Source: Escherichia phage vB_EcoP_ZX6. From it: 43,510 nt of DNA. Under the pieces are notes generated by a model, which did not search any database, was not told the origin of the DNA, and worked only from the letters and a program-made list of their open reading frames with translations. The number at the start of each line of letters is the position of its first letter. Within the stretch, counting starts at the first letter, position 1. Positions 18,785 through 28,161 of the stretch are shown in pieces. Location of the stretch: the sequence record MZ424864.1; one strand, given 5' to 3'. The position numbers were made by a program, and so were the translations under genes.

Positions 18785-19627
18785 TTAAAGACCTACGCGC
18801 TTACCAGCTTCACGGCGTGCGAGCAAATCGTTATAACGTTGACTGAACTGCGGAGACGCCAAGCTACGGTTGCCCGCTTCCTGACGGAGTTTGGTATATT
18901 CTGCGCGGAAATCCGCAGCAGACAGTGCATTGTTGCTGGCTACGCCACGTACCATTGGGCTCTGTGTCTTGATAAGACCCATATCCCGGCAGAAGCTTGC
19001 TACCAGCTCAGCGGCCTGCTTGAGCTCACCAGAGTTAGCGAGTACACGAGCTGCGTTACGCAGAGGTTCAGGGGCCTTGGAATTAAACAGCTGCGCTGCT
19101 ACCTCCCAGTTCTCCTTACCGCCCACGATATCGTAAGCTTCTTGTACTGCTTTGGTGGCTTGACCAACCTGGTCTTCCAGGTACGCTTTAGCCAGCAACT
19201 CTGCATAAGCAGCGTGCTCTCCGAAACGTTCCTTAATGAAGGCCGTATCGATTAGGTTAGGGTCCTGATACTCCAGGGCCTTACCAAGTGCCCGCACCAT
19301 ATCAGAGTCAGTTAACCCAGAGACTTTCTGCAACATAGCTACACCGGCGTCAATCGTCGGGTTGCCTGTCTTAGCCAGCTCCTGGGGCTGCTCCTTAGCG
19401 CTATCGCCACCCTTATCCAGGGCCGCTTTTAAGGCTTCGATATCCAGAGGAATCTTAGCAGGTTCAGGGGAATCTTTGCCCTGTTGCTGCTGGGTAGGGG
19501 TCTGTGCACCCTGCACGCCTTGATTGTTCGGGGCGCTAAGGGGAGCACCTAGGCCCGGAATCTTAGGGCCACCTTGGTTCTCTACCTGTGTAGTTTCTAC
19601 GTTTTGACCGTTTTCTACGTTATCCAT
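18785..19627 (-). CDS. capsid assembly (scaffolding) protein
   Basis: 280 aa, acidic, Gln/Ala/Pro-rich, low complexity, between portal and capsid genes. Confidence 0.7.
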   Translation of the reverse strand: MDNVENGQNVETTQVENQGGPKIPGLGAPLSAPNNQGVQGAQTPTQQQQGKDSPEPAKIPLDIEALKAALDKGGDSAKEQPQELAKTGNPTIDAGVAMLQKVSGLTDSDMVRALGKALEYQDPNLIDTAFIKERFGEHAAYAELLAKAYLEDQVGQATKAVQEAYDIVGGKENWEVAAQLFNSKAPEPLRNAARVLANSGELKQAAELVASFCRDMGLIKTQSPMVRGVASNNALSAADFRAEYTKLRQEAGNRSLASPQFSQRYNDLLARREAGKRVGL

Positions 19628-19641
19628 CTATGCCTCTGTTG

Positions 19642-21237
19642 TTAACTTGGTAATAAGCCCAGCTGCTTACCTGCTACTGTCGGGTCTGCTGCTGTCAAGC
19701 CCTGGAGTTGGCCCTGTGCTGCACCTGCGGATACATCAGCAGACGCATCTTGAACCTTTTGCTTCTGCTGCAGCTGCTCTTCGGTGTACATGAACGGCTC
19801 GCTGACGATACCGTAGGCGTCGAAGTACCAATCTACGCACGCATCTTTGTTGAAGCGAGGAGTAATCTGCTCAAGCACCGGGATAGCCAGCTGCATGGAC
19901 TGCGCCGCCTCTAACAGCTTGTCCGCTGCCGCGGCTTTAACTAATGCAGAAGTACCCACAGTAACGTTGATGTTCACTACACCTTCACTGAGATAAAGCT
20001 TAAAGCGAGGATACACTAGTGCAGTATACAGGTACGCCAGCTTACGCAGCCAGGTGTCGCTCAGGATACTGAACCCACCACCCATAGCGGCTTCCGCCTC
20101 TTTGGCATTCTGGCGAATCTCGTAAGCCGTGACGCGCTCACCCTGCCGGGAGTTACCGGTATACATAAACGCACGAGACAGTTTCTGTTCGAGCATCTGA
20201 ATGTTGCTGGCAATCCACTGAATCTTCTGGGCAGAGCCACCCTCGTAAGCAGTGACGGGGGATTTGCTGTTCCCGTTGGAACCACCACCGCCAACCTGCA
20301 CAGCCTCACCCGTCTCCGACGTTGAGAACTCGTCCACGTCTAACCCAGAGCTTGCGTCAATCAGCGGGATTAACCTCGCAGACTCAACCTCGTAGTTAGT
20401 TAACGCTTCCGACAGTACGGATAATCTAGCGAAGTCCCCGGCGTAGTCCTCTACCAAGCCGCGCCCGTAGTGCTCACCACTAACAAGGTTCCACACCAGC
20501 ACGTTATAAGGAAGCTCCAGCTCCGGGTAGGTGCTGCTGTCCCCGATACGGTGCCCGTCTGCTTCTTGATACACCTCGTAGCTTACTACCTCTGCACCGT
20601 CCTCTGTCCGCTTAACTTTGCGACAAGCGGCAGTGTAGATATCAACGTCGCCGTATGGGTCTTTGTCACGGTAGAAGGTGCCACGGAAATCTTCTGGCAG
20701 GTCCTGGACGCTTGCGCGCTCTCTGATAATGAGTCGCAGGACGTTCCCGCTTCCATCCCTTCGAACGGTAAAGTTACGGACTGAGTAGACGATGGATTTA
20801 CCTGTCCGCTCATCAATATACTCCAACGCGTTACCTGTAACCAGCAGCAGCTTCACAGCTTGCAACTTCGCAGCATAACCGTCTTTCTCAAATACTTTCT
20901 GTGACGCCGTGTTCTCGACCTCGGCCAGCTTAGATTCTGCCGTAGCCGCACTGCCCAGAGAACTAATGAACTCGTCCAGGTCCGAACTCTTGGAGAACCG
21001 GAAGAAACTAGTACCTTGTGGGAACAGTGCGCCTACAATCTTAGTGGCTGCAGTGTTGACCAGCTGCGCACCGGTACTCTGGTAGTCCCGCTCCAGTGGT
21101 CTGCGTCTACCGTCCAGGGAATCGTCCCTGGTAAAGATAGTGCTGAGCGTCCACTGCGCGAACTTCTCAGAGGCATCCAAGACGCCCGCGTCCTGGTCCT
21201 TCTTAAAGAGTTCTGCTAATGTTGCTTTTTGTTCCAA
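19642..21237 (-). CDS. portal (head-tail connector) protein, T7 gp8-like
   Basis: 531 aa; size and position are canonical for the portal. Confidence 0.85.
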   Translation of the reverse strand: MEQKATLAELFKKDQDAGVLDASEKFAQWTLSTIFTRDDSLDGRRRPLERDYQSTGAQLVNTAATKIVGALFPQGTSFFRFSKSSDLDEFISSLGSAATAESKLAEVENTASQKVFEKDGYAAKLQAVKLLLVTGNALEYIDERTGKSIVYSVRNFTVRRDGSGNVLRLIIRERASVQDLPEDFRGTFYRDKDPYGDVDIYTAACRKVKRTEDGAEVVSYEVYQEADGHRIGDSSTYPELELPYNVLVWNLVSGEHYGRGLVEDYAGDFARLSVLSEALTNYEVESARLIPLIDASSGLDVDEFSTSETGEAVQVGGGGSNGNSKSPVTAYEGGSAQKIQWIASNIQMLEQKLSRAFMYTGNSRQGERVTAYEIRQNAKEAEAAMGGGFSILSDTWLRKLAYLYTALVYPRFKLYLSEGVVNINVTVGTSALVKAAAADKLLEAAQSMQLAIPVLEQITPRFNKDACVDWYFDAYGIVSEPFMYTEEQLQQKQKVQDASADVSAGAAQGQLQGLTAADPTVAGKQLGLLPS

Positions 21238-21246
21238 GCTACCCCC

Positions 21247-21510
21247 TTACAGGCCCAGAGGATTGCTCTGCCCTGCTTGTCGCCGTTTCTTCTGCTCAGA
21301 CGTAATTGCCTCTGCAGATGCAGAGGCAGCCCCTGCAGGATCAATCTCAGCAATGTTATCTGCGGCGCTATTAGCCTCTAAGGCAGCCTGTTGTTTCGCT
21401 GCGCTAGCCTGCTGCTCTGCCAAGCGCTGCTGCGCCTCTAATCCTGCGTTGTCAGTAAGGCCGAGCATATCCGTGGCCTTGCCTAACAGTTTACCTAAAC
21501 CACCACTCAT
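21247..21510 (-). CDS. hypothetical protein (87 aa)
   Basis: Low-complexity Ala/Gln-rich ORF directly upstream of the portal gene. Confidence 0.45.
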   Translation of the reverse strand: MSGGLGKLLGKATDMLGLTDNAGLEAQQRLAEQQASAAKQQAALEANSAADNIAEIDPAGAASASAEAITSEQKKRRQAGQSNPLGL

Positions 21511-21947
21511 TCTGACCTCACTAAATGATAAGTTGTTTTGTACGTATTACCAGACGTGCTCCGGCTAATGGCGATACGCCCAGCGCGCATGCACTTGGCT
21601 ATTGCGTGCAGACCCTGCATAATCACAGACACTGCCGCGCCGTTGTCCGGTTTCAATACGAAGAAGTCTGTATACAGCACAGGCTCTACGTAATGACAGT
21701 CCTCTACAGCTTCTGGGTAGTAGCTGACAGCACCGACTAAGTCGCCTTGGGAGTCATAGACTCCTAGTATATACTGTTTACCCAGTATGCTGCCCAGTAC
21801 TCTCCAGTAGTGCTGCTCTGGAGCTAGGCCCCGACTAATGCCGTGGCCCAGTTCGTGCAGTTGCTTCACTGCGTCTGTAATGTCGTCTGACTTATACAGA
21901 ACCTTGAGAGTGTAGTTGGAAGTTTTACTAGTGTGTTTTAACTTCAT
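21507..21947 (-). CDS. hypothetical protein (~146 aa)
   Basis: Track ORF starts at 22010 and would overlap the upstream gene by 40 nt. An internal ATG near 21947 is preceded by GGAGTAGGA. No recognisable motif. Confidence 0.5.
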   Translation of the reverse strand: MKLKHTSKTSNYTLKVLYKSDDITDAVKQLHELGHGISRGLAPEQHYWRVLGSILGKQYILGVYDSQGDLVGAVSYYPEAVEDCHYVEPVLYTDFFVLKPDNGAAVSVIMQGLHAIAKCMRAGRIAISRSTSGNTYKTTYHLVRSE

Positions 21948-21970
21948 TCCTACTCCGGTAACATTAAATT

Positions 21971-22309
21971 TTAGTAGGGTACCCAAACTGGTATACCGGC
22001 CTTTCTGCATAGCTCAACCATACCAGCGGTACCCCTTCCACCAGGAAAGGCGACGCAGTATTCTGGAAAGGCCAAGGATATCATGGCGGCGTTCCTGCGC
22101 ATACCTGCAGATTTACCCTGCGCATCCCACAGGGCTGGCATACGCAGAACAAAAATACCAGATTCCAGGGCCCACCTGTCTGCCAGTGCGTCCGCCCCTC
22201 TGGCATTTCCATGTATCACTACAGATGGTTTGTTTGGTAGCATATCCATTGCGGTCTTTAGTGCTAAGTAGTCTGTGTAATCTCGCCCACCAGTTACTAG
22301 TACTCGCAT
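21971..22309 (-). CDS. SLOG-family (DUF2493-like) putative nucleotide-binding protein
   Basis: 112 aa. MRVLVTGGRDYTDY.., ..VVIHGNARGADALADRWA.. and ..AFPGGRGTAGMVELCRKAGIPV match my recollection of the DUF2493 Rossmann-like signature. Recalled pattern, not searched. Confidence 0.55.
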   Translation of the reverse strand: MRVLVTGGRDYTDYLALKTAMDMLPNKPSVVIHGNARGADALADRWALESGIFVLRMPALWDAQGKSAGMRRNAAMISLAFPEYCVAFPGGRGTAGMVELCRKAGIPVWVPY

Positions 22310-22318
22310 ACCATACCC

Positions 22319-24787
22319 TCAGCAGAAGAAGAAAGGTGATTCCAGTACCTGCCGGATGTCCAGAGTACCAACCTCAGGCATATCCAGGTCCGTCAGGTCT
22401 GCCCCAGCTGCTGCTGCCGCGCGAGTAATATCTCCCAGCAGGTCATGCTCTTCGTATAGGCGCACAAACTGTTCGCGGATGTGTCGGTGCATAGCATCAA
22501 CATCAGCTGCATGTGTAGCCAGGGAGTCGTGAATCGGCACAATATCCAGACCATCAGCGGCACATAGAACCATCATCAAGTGTGTACTATCCAGGCTATG
22601 CACAAAGTTCGGGGCAATCCCGGAGGCTGCCTTGCGCTTGTTGCAGGTCTTGAAGTCCCGGTTATGCACGCGCATGATAGTTAGGTTCATGCAGTCAATT
22701 CGTACCCGCACTTCTTCACGCTGTGTGTAGCGGTTCATTACTAGCCCACCCAGCGGCGTATACCACTGCAGGTGCTGGCTTGCCGGTACACGTCTAGCGA
22801 GGTTCTGCAAGTACCCCATAACTGCCGCAGCAGCAGGGTTTGCCTCTTCGATAGCTGTGCGCATACGCGGAGCCAGGTAGCACGACAGGTTCCATAGACT
22901 GTTAGTGTCGGTACCTTCATACCCCTCAGCGCAAGCGCCTTCAAAGATGTAGTCGCTGCAGCTGCGCACCGTGGCGCTGTAGAAGTAGGTCATACTGGGG
23001 CGCTTGGTCATGCTGCGGGTGATTTCGTTCTCTCTCCAGTACGTGCTCTGGATAACGAAATCCTCCTTGTCCAGGTCCAGTATCACCTTCTCGTCCGTAC
23101 GGCGCTTCACATCCATGTACAGGTCCGCTTTCTTGTCGTTGCCTTCCCAGTACAGGTTCGTCAGACGGCCGCCTACAGGGTCTCTCAGGAGCGCTGAGAG
23201 GTGCTGTCCACCTGAGTTCGTAGCGTCCATAGCAACCGGAGTTCTGGAGATGTACTCTTCTGGGCACGGAGAATCCAGAGCAGCCACCAGGTCGAGCACT
23301 GCCGCCAAGAAACACCACGGTGAATCGGCCTGCTTAAAAGCGTCCGAATCAAATGGATTCTCTGCAACTGAGCGGACAACTGCCACATTTTTATCAACCC
23401 AATCTGCGCGGTCTTCGAATAGGGTTTTGTCATAACCAAAGCAAGTGGCGACGTGCACTTTAAGCCAGAACAACCCTCTCTCTCCAAGAGGTTTACCTCT
23501 ACCGAATTCCAGCAGAGCCTTCTGCAAATCAGAACCCTGCGGATGTAGCGAGGACTTGAAGTACAGGCGGTAGCGCCAGTCCACACAAGTTGGGAAGTAC
23601 AGGGCTTTCTCATCTTTGAATTCCTCTGCCATTTCTAACGTAGTCAGAAGGCTGCGCAGTTGCGATACTCGCTTACGGTCGGCGCTATACCATAGAGACA
23701 TACGCGTCTTCCACTCACCGAAGCGGTCAAGCTCTTCCTCGGTGTAATTCTCTTTCGGAACCCCGTCCAGATACCACTCCGGTTTCGGCTCCGGTACTGA
23801 GCGAGGCATACCTATCCCAACACCCAGGGCCCGTGCTTCTTGCACCAGTTCCAGTATGCGCTTATTAATACGGTACGGGGTTTCCTGTGCCTTATTAAGC
23901 GCCTTTTTGATGCCATCCGCGGATTTAAATGCTTCCGCTACTTCACGGAGACGAGCTCTGTCAATGTGTGAGTTATGGTAGGTGCCGCGATTGTCGATAG
24001 GTGTGAGGTACCCACCATCCCACAGAGTAGTGTGCTGCACCGGCGGTACCAGCATAGGTGGCTTCATGGTTACGGTATCAGCGGACTCTACCAGTTTCTG
24101 GAAGGCCTCCATAACGTCGTCAGCCGGATAGAGCATGCTCAGATTCCCGCTACAGTTCTTCCACTGGAACAGTCCCGTCTCAAACACTGCGGCACACAGC
24201 AGACGCCCTACGGAGATGTTCTGGGCATTGGTCCAAGGCTCGTGCCCATAGTGTACGTTCTCGGCACTTGCACGGAGCGTACGCAGGATGTGCGTAGGGG
24301 ACTTCGTACGGCGCTCTGTGAGGTACTCATACACGCGGTCCATGTACGCCGGGGCTACGTTGCGTAACTGCAGAGCCAGTAGCTCTGACTGCACGTTTCT
24401 GCCCAGTGCGGACATTACTGCTTGTGCAGTCTGACGGCGACTGGCGGACTCGCCAGGGGCGACGCTGAACGCCTCAAACATTGTGCACAGGCTCAGGGTT
24501 GTCAGGACATCCAAGGGGATTAAGCGCAGGAACCGGCGGTACTTCCCACCTATGCCCGGGGCTTTGACATTTCGCATCTCATCGATAGCGGTAGCAGCCA
24601 CCTCGTATGCCGAGGTGAGCATACGCTGTGTCATCGGCAGGTTCATAATCCCGCCGTTCTGCAATGCATCCGTAATCAGCTTACGTGCCCGCTCGATTCC
24701 GCGAATCTTATAGGTCTCTTCAAGCTCCAGCTGGCGTTTCACCAGTACTTCCTCTGGTACTACAACCGTATTCAGGGCGCTAATCAT
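22319..24787 (-). CDS. single-subunit DNA-directed RNA polymerase (T7-like)
   Basis: 822 aa; the conserved catalytic region (..VHDSLATHAADVD.. and neighbouring motifs) is recognisably T7-RNAP-like. Located directly upstream of the structural genes, as in phiKMV-like phages. Confidence 0.9.
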   Translation of the reverse strand: MISALNTVVVPEEVLVKRQLELEETYKIRGIERARKLITDALQNGGIMNLPMTQRMLTSAYEVAATAIDEMRNVKAPGIGGKYRRFLRLIPLDVLTTLSLCTMFEAFSVAPGESASRRQTAQAVMSALGRNVQSELLALQLRNVAPAYMDRVYEYLTERRTKSPTHILRTLRASAENVHYGHEPWTNAQNISVGRLLCAAVFETGLFQWKNCSGNLSMLYPADDVMEAFQKLVESADTVTMKPPMLVPPVQHTTLWDGGYLTPIDNRGTYHNSHIDRARLREVAEAFKSADGIKKALNKAQETPYRINKRILELVQEARALGVGIGMPRSVPEPKPEWYLDGVPKENYTEEELDRFGEWKTRMSLWYSADRKRVSQLRSLLTTLEMAEEFKDEKALYFPTCVDWRYRLYFKSSLHPQGSDLQKALLEFGRGKPLGERGLFWLKVHVATCFGYDKTLFEDRADWVDKNVAVVRSVAENPFDSDAFKQADSPWCFLAAVLDLVAALDSPCPEEYISRTPVAMDATNSGGQHLSALLRDPVGGRLTNLYWEGNDKKADLYMDVKRRTDEKVILDLDKEDFVIQSTYWRENEITRSMTKRPSMTYFYSATVRSCSDYIFEGACAEGYEGTDTNSLWNLSCYLAPRMRTAIEEANPAAAAVMGYLQNLARRVPASQHLQWYTPLGGLVMNRYTQREEVRVRIDCMNLTIMRVHNRDFKTCNKRKAASGIAPNFVHSLDSTHLMMVLCAADGLDIVPIHDSLATHAADVDAMHRHIREQFVRLYEEHDLLGDITRAAAAAGADLTDLDMPEVGTLDIRQVLESPFFFC

Positions 24788-24931
24788 AGGCGCTTAGTCT
24801 CCTTGGTTATGTCCGGCACTTCTAACTACTGATTGCGACCTACCCAGAGATTGTACATCTCCAGGTAATCTTTAGCGGAGCTTTCGTCACCCCGCTCTAC
24901 TGCTTTCTGCCACATCCCGTGGCACCATGCG

Positions 24932-25381
24932 CTAGGCGTCAATGCACTTACCTCGGTGTTGCTCGTACAGTTCTGAGTACTTATCGGACTTAGCAATGTC
25001 CTGCTCCAGCTTATCCTTGTTCCCGGCGCGCAGCCGATACTTGAGTCTATTTCCCAAGCAGTATCCATAGAACTGCTCTTGCGTCATACTGCGTGCAATC
25101 ACCTCGATTGCCTCCAGGTCCGGGAAGAACTGGTAGTGCTTAGGTGAATTAACTGCGTCCGAAGCAGCTCCACTTGTCGAATAGAATAGCCGGAAGAATT
25201 CCGCGTTCCAGCTGGTTCTGCACTCATCTAAGGTTAGGAGCCCGTCTTCTACGTGCGTCACTAATCTGGGTGTGCTGGGGTCTACCTGCAGCTGCCCACA
25301 AACATCCGCCCAAACACCCCCTACGTGGCTATCTTTGCGCACAACCAAATCACCTACGTGGAATTTAGTGGGTTTAATCAT
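24932..25381 (-). CDS. DUF3310-like protein
   Basis: 149 aa. ..NSPKHYQFFPDLEAIEVIARSMTQEQFYGYCLGNRLKYRLRAGNKDKLEQDIAKSDKY.. matches my recollection of the DUF3310 signature (PKHY..IE..GN.KY..RAG.K). N-terminal KFHVGDLVVRKD motif is shared with ORF 36739..37209. Confidence 0.5.
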   Translation of the reverse strand: MIKPTKFHVGDLVVRKDSHVGGVWADVCGQLQVDPSTPRLVTHVEDGLLTLDECRTSWNAEFFRLFYSTSGAASDAVNSPKHYQFFPDLEAIEVIARSMTQEQFYGYCLGNRLKYRLRAGNKDKLEQDIAKSDKYSELYEQHRGKCIDA

Positions 25382-25800
25382 TTAATAGTCTCCCGTGCTT
25401 TGCGTCGTGCCCGGGCCTTGCGGGCCTTGAGCTTCTGTGCCTGTGCTAACTCTTCCGGCGTACGTACTGTGTAATACAGCATATCATAAGGCTCTTTGCG
25501 AAGATATGCCACCATGTTCTCTAGGAATTGCAGGATGCCCTCTTTATCCTGCATCCCGTAACCGGCCCACCTAGCGACCGCGTTATACACCTTGCCCTCT
25601 GCCCCGTTCGCTCCACGCGATAATACTCCACGTATGTGCCCTGTGAGGTGGTCGTGATCGAGTACCATACTACTGGCGCTTCCGCGGGCGGCGGAGGTGT
25701 CTATAGGACGTTTAGTAAGAGCACAAACACCACCCTGCTCTTTTAATATCTTTAAGGATACCGCTCTTACCTGTCCCCTCGTTATTCTACGTGTCGCCAA
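25378..25800 (-). CDS. recombination endonuclease VII (Holliday junction resolvase)
   Basis: 140 aa. ..GGVCALTKRP.. and ..VLDHDHLTGHIRGVLSRGANGAEGKV.. match the T4 endonuclease VII-type H-N-H/zinc motif; basic C-terminal tail. Confidence 0.75.
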   Translation of the reverse strand: MATRRITRGQVRAVSLKILKEQGGVCALTKRPIDTSAARGSASSMVLDHDHLTGHIRGVLSRGANGAEGKVYNAVARWAGYGMQDKEGILQFLENMVAYLRKEPYDMLYYTVRTPEELAQAQKLKARKARARRKARETIK

Positions 25801-26249
25801 GTTACCCCCTGTAGCATCAAGCCTATTGCTGCCTTAGACATACCCAATCTACGCGCGATTGCAGACACACCCCAATCCCTGTCCCCCGGTAAATACATAG
25901 TCCGTAGATAGCGTACAGTATCCGGGCACAATTTAACTTTACAGTGCAGACCGTTGTCCACTTGATGTATTACATTAGAACGCCTAGTGACCCACTCTAG
26001 ATTGCTAGCCCTATTGTTTTCCTTATTCCCATCTATGTGGTTAACTTCTGGAAAATTGTGTGGGTTAGGTACAAAAGCCTCAGCAACAGCCCTATGCACG
26101 TAGACGTTCTTGTATATAGTACTTACATACAGATAACCTCCTCCCTGTCTAGCAGGCTTTAACACTTTGCCGGACGGCCCTTTTATCTCACCGTTAGCAT
26201 TTACCAAGTAATCTTTCCTGCCATTAACTAGCGGAACCCAACTTACCAT
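25782..26249 (-). CDS. HNH homing endonuclease
   Basis: 155 aa. ..HRAVAEAFVPNP..VNHIDGNKENNRASNLEWVT.. is an HNH motif, with an N-terminal NUMOD4-like segment. Confidence 0.7.
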   Translation of the reverse strand: MVSWVPLVNGRKDYLVNANGEIKGPSGKVLKPARQGGGYLYVSTIYKNVYVHRAVAEAFVPNPHNFPEVNHIDGNKENNRASNLEWVTRRSNVIHQVDNGLHCKVKLCPDTVRYLRTMYLPGDRDWGVSAIARRLGMSKAAIGLMLQGVTWRHVE

Positions 26250-26443
26250 ACCTGAATCTCCCCCACTACATCCAGCATAGCATTGTCGTGAATGAGAGAA
26301 TCCAAATGATCAACCGTTCTTCTATGTGTTTTGGGTGCTCGTTCACGCAGCGCATCCAGAATAGTTTCAAGTTCATCGTGTTTCCCCTCGTAGTATAACT
26401 CAATCGCCCGCAGGCTCATTTCCTTCGCAGACATCTTCGCCAT
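26243..26443 (-). CDS. hypothetical protein (~66 aa)
   Basis: Track ORF 26243..26512 overlaps the exonuclease gene; a likely internal start gives MAKMSAKEMSLRAIELYYEG... Helical, function unknown. Confidence 0.4.
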   Translation of the reverse strand: MAKMSAKEMSLRAIELYYEGKHDELETILDALRERAPKTHRRTVDHLDSLIHDNAMLDVVGEIQVW

Positions 26444-27368
26444 TGTCTGGGTGCTCCTGTATCCACTGTATGTGCTGTTTATGGTACTCGTGCAGCGAAT
26501 GCACCCAGTCACGTAGACTGGGAGTAGTCAACAGTGACATCAGATACTGATAAGCAGAATCTGACGGGGAGCGCCGCAGGAACAGGCATTCTGCCTCTGC
26601 GAGTACGTCTTGGTTGTTTCTAGCATAAGCCGCTACAACGAATTCTGCGGCGTCCTGCTCTGAGGTAATAGGGTAGATAGCATCAAAGGCCGTTCGCTTC
26701 CCACAGAGCTTCCCATCAAGCAATGTGATGCCTTTGACGTTATCTGCGTCATCTCCTGCTAGCATTTGCCACCAGAAGAACTTAGTGCCGTGCGCTCGTA
26801 CCGGCATAGCCTGGGTATCATCCCACCTAATCCAGCCGAAGGGGTTATCCAAGGCAGGCCACACGGTTCCGGTCGGGATATCGAACCGGGCCATAGGGCT
26901 GAGCCAGGAGTCCTTGTCCTGCGACATCAGGATTCCCCGGTCCCCGAAGCTGTACGAATCCATTATGAACAGGTCGTCGGCCTCAAAATAGTCACTGCTG
27001 ACTACCTGAATACCCTGCTCAGAATACTGGTCTGGATTTTCAATTAGGTGCCGCTTCAATGGCGCCTTGAGCGGTAGCTCCTGTCGATTAGCGCGCTGCC
27101 CCTGATAGGGCTTAGCCGTAGGCAGGTGCCAGCGCAAACACTTAGCACAGCCAGCGGGCGTCAGGTACGCCACTGCTTCTGAGCAGCCGACCAGGAACAT
27201 GTCCTCAAGCACCAGCTGATAGAAGCGGCGTATCGCTGTATCCAGACGTTTCACTGTAGCGGCGGCTTTGTAAACTGCAAAGTCCGCATCGTACAGCAGA
27301 ATCTTCCCAGAGTTCTGCGGAGCTAACTGCTCTGGGAGCTGGGATAAGTCAACCCCGTTGATAATCAT
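26400..27368 (-). CDS. 5'-3' exonuclease (T7 gp6-like, FEN family)
   Basis: 322 aa; ..KILLYDADFAVYKAA.., ..YFEADDLF.. and ..LAGDDADNVKGI.. are acidic motifs characteristic of T7 gene 6 exonuclease / flap nucleases. Confidence 0.8.
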   Translation of the reverse strand: MIINGVDLSQLPEQLAPQNSGKILLYDADFAVYKAAATVKRLDTAIRRFYQLVLEDMFLVGCSEAVAYLTPAGCAKCLRWHLPTAKPYQGQRANRQELPLKAPLKRHLIENPDQYSEQGIQVVSSDYFEADDLFIMDSYSFGDRGILMSQDKDSWLSPMARFDIPTGTVWPALDNPFGWIRWDDTQAMPVRAHGTKFFWWQMLAGDDADNVKGITLLDGKLCGKRTAFDAIYPITSEQDAAEFVVAAYARNNQDVLAEAECLFLRRSPSDSAYQYLMSLLTTPSLRDWVHSLHEYHKQHIQWIQEHPDNGEDVCEGNEPAGD

Positions 27369-27529
27369 TAAACCCCCGTAACCTTCTTAGTTAACTTACG
27401 CGCCCAAGATTCCCAGGCGGCCAGTGCCTTGCTGTTCTCTACCTTCTCAAACAACCAGCACAGGATGGCTACAGGCACTAGAGGGGCCACTAACATAAAA
27501 TAAAATACTTTGGCAAAAACGTTTCGCAT
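27368..27529 (-). CDS. small membrane protein (53 aa), hand-translated, not in ORF track
   Basis: Hand translation: MRNVFAKVFYFMLVAPLVPVAILCWLFEKVENSKALAAWESWARKLTKKVTGV. Its start overlaps the upstream stop (ATGA) and its stop overlaps the exonuclease start (TAATG). One predicted transmembrane helix. Confidence 0.4.
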   Translation of the reverse strand: MRNVFAKVFYFMLVAPLVPVAILCWLFEKVENSKALAAWESWARKLTKKVTGV

Positions 27530-27906
27530 CATTTACCTTCCAGTTCAGACAGCACCAGCACGGTGCCAAGCATGTCCCCGATTACTTCTGGCGTACGCAG
27601 GCTCTGGTCTGCGTCGTAGATGCAGGAGCCAATCTCCGCCAGCCCGATGCTGAGGGTGCCTACGATGCGAATAAGCACCAGGTCATCACCTCGTAGCTTA
27701 TCAGCGTGTGCCGCCAGGTCGTTGTGCTCCCGGAAGGCGGTAGCGGCCAGGTCCAGGTCCATACCGTACAGGGCCGCCAGCTTTTCTAGGGCGGCATAAA
27801 CGCTGTCCAGGCAGTTGATACGTACACCATACACCGCGGCATCATGGACTGCATTACTCACTACAATAGCCAGATTCTTGTATGCGTCTAATACTTTATC
27901 CATCAA
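27529..27906 (-). CDS. hypothetical protein (125 aa), possibly MazG-like
   Basis: Helical protein with ..GLAEIGSCIYDA..EVIGDMLGTVL.. loosely resembling MazG-type motifs; weak. Confidence 0.45.
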   Translation of the reverse strand: MMDKVLDAYKNLAIVVSNAVHDAAVYGVRINCLDSVYAALEKLAALYGMDLDLAATAFREHNDLAAHADKLRGDDLVLIRIVGTLSIGLAEIGSCIYDADQSLRTPEVIGDMLGTVLVLSELEGK

Positions 27907-28161
27907 TTATACCCCCAGGAAGTTAGCTACTTCATCGCGCTTAGCGCGCAGGTTATCAGCACGACAAGCGTGCTCAGCTGCCAACTCTTTGCTGTGCTTG
28001 GAGGCCTCTACTCGCGCCTCGGATTGGGCGGCCAGACGCACTGCGTCGTCTGCGAATTTAACTGACAGCTGCTCGTTAAACTGCGCTTTGGCGTCGGCAC
28101 GTTTAGCTTCGGCTGTGTAGGCCGCGCTCAGGAGTTTGCTAAGGATGTAGATGGTGCTCAT
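27907..28161 (-). CDS. hypothetical protein (84 aa)
   Basis: Ala/Lys/Glu-rich helical ORF; stop adjacent to the start of the downstream gene. Confidence 0.45.
   Translation of the reverse strand: MSTIYILSKLLSAAYTAEAKRADAKAQFNEQLSVKFADDAVRLAAQSEARVEASKHSKELAAEHACRADNLRAKRDEVANFLGV

Noticed and set aside
17725-18846. 373-aa plus-strand ORF
   Set aside because: Antisense to the major capsid gene; composition (Arg/His/Gln-rich) is typical of reverse-frame translation, and no RBS context was seen.
22741-23613. Minus-strand ORFs of 67-142 aa inside the RNA polymerase gene (22741..22944, 22941..23318, 23185..23613)
   Set aside because: Alternative frames within a large conserved gene with implausible compositions; no evidence for overlapping genes.
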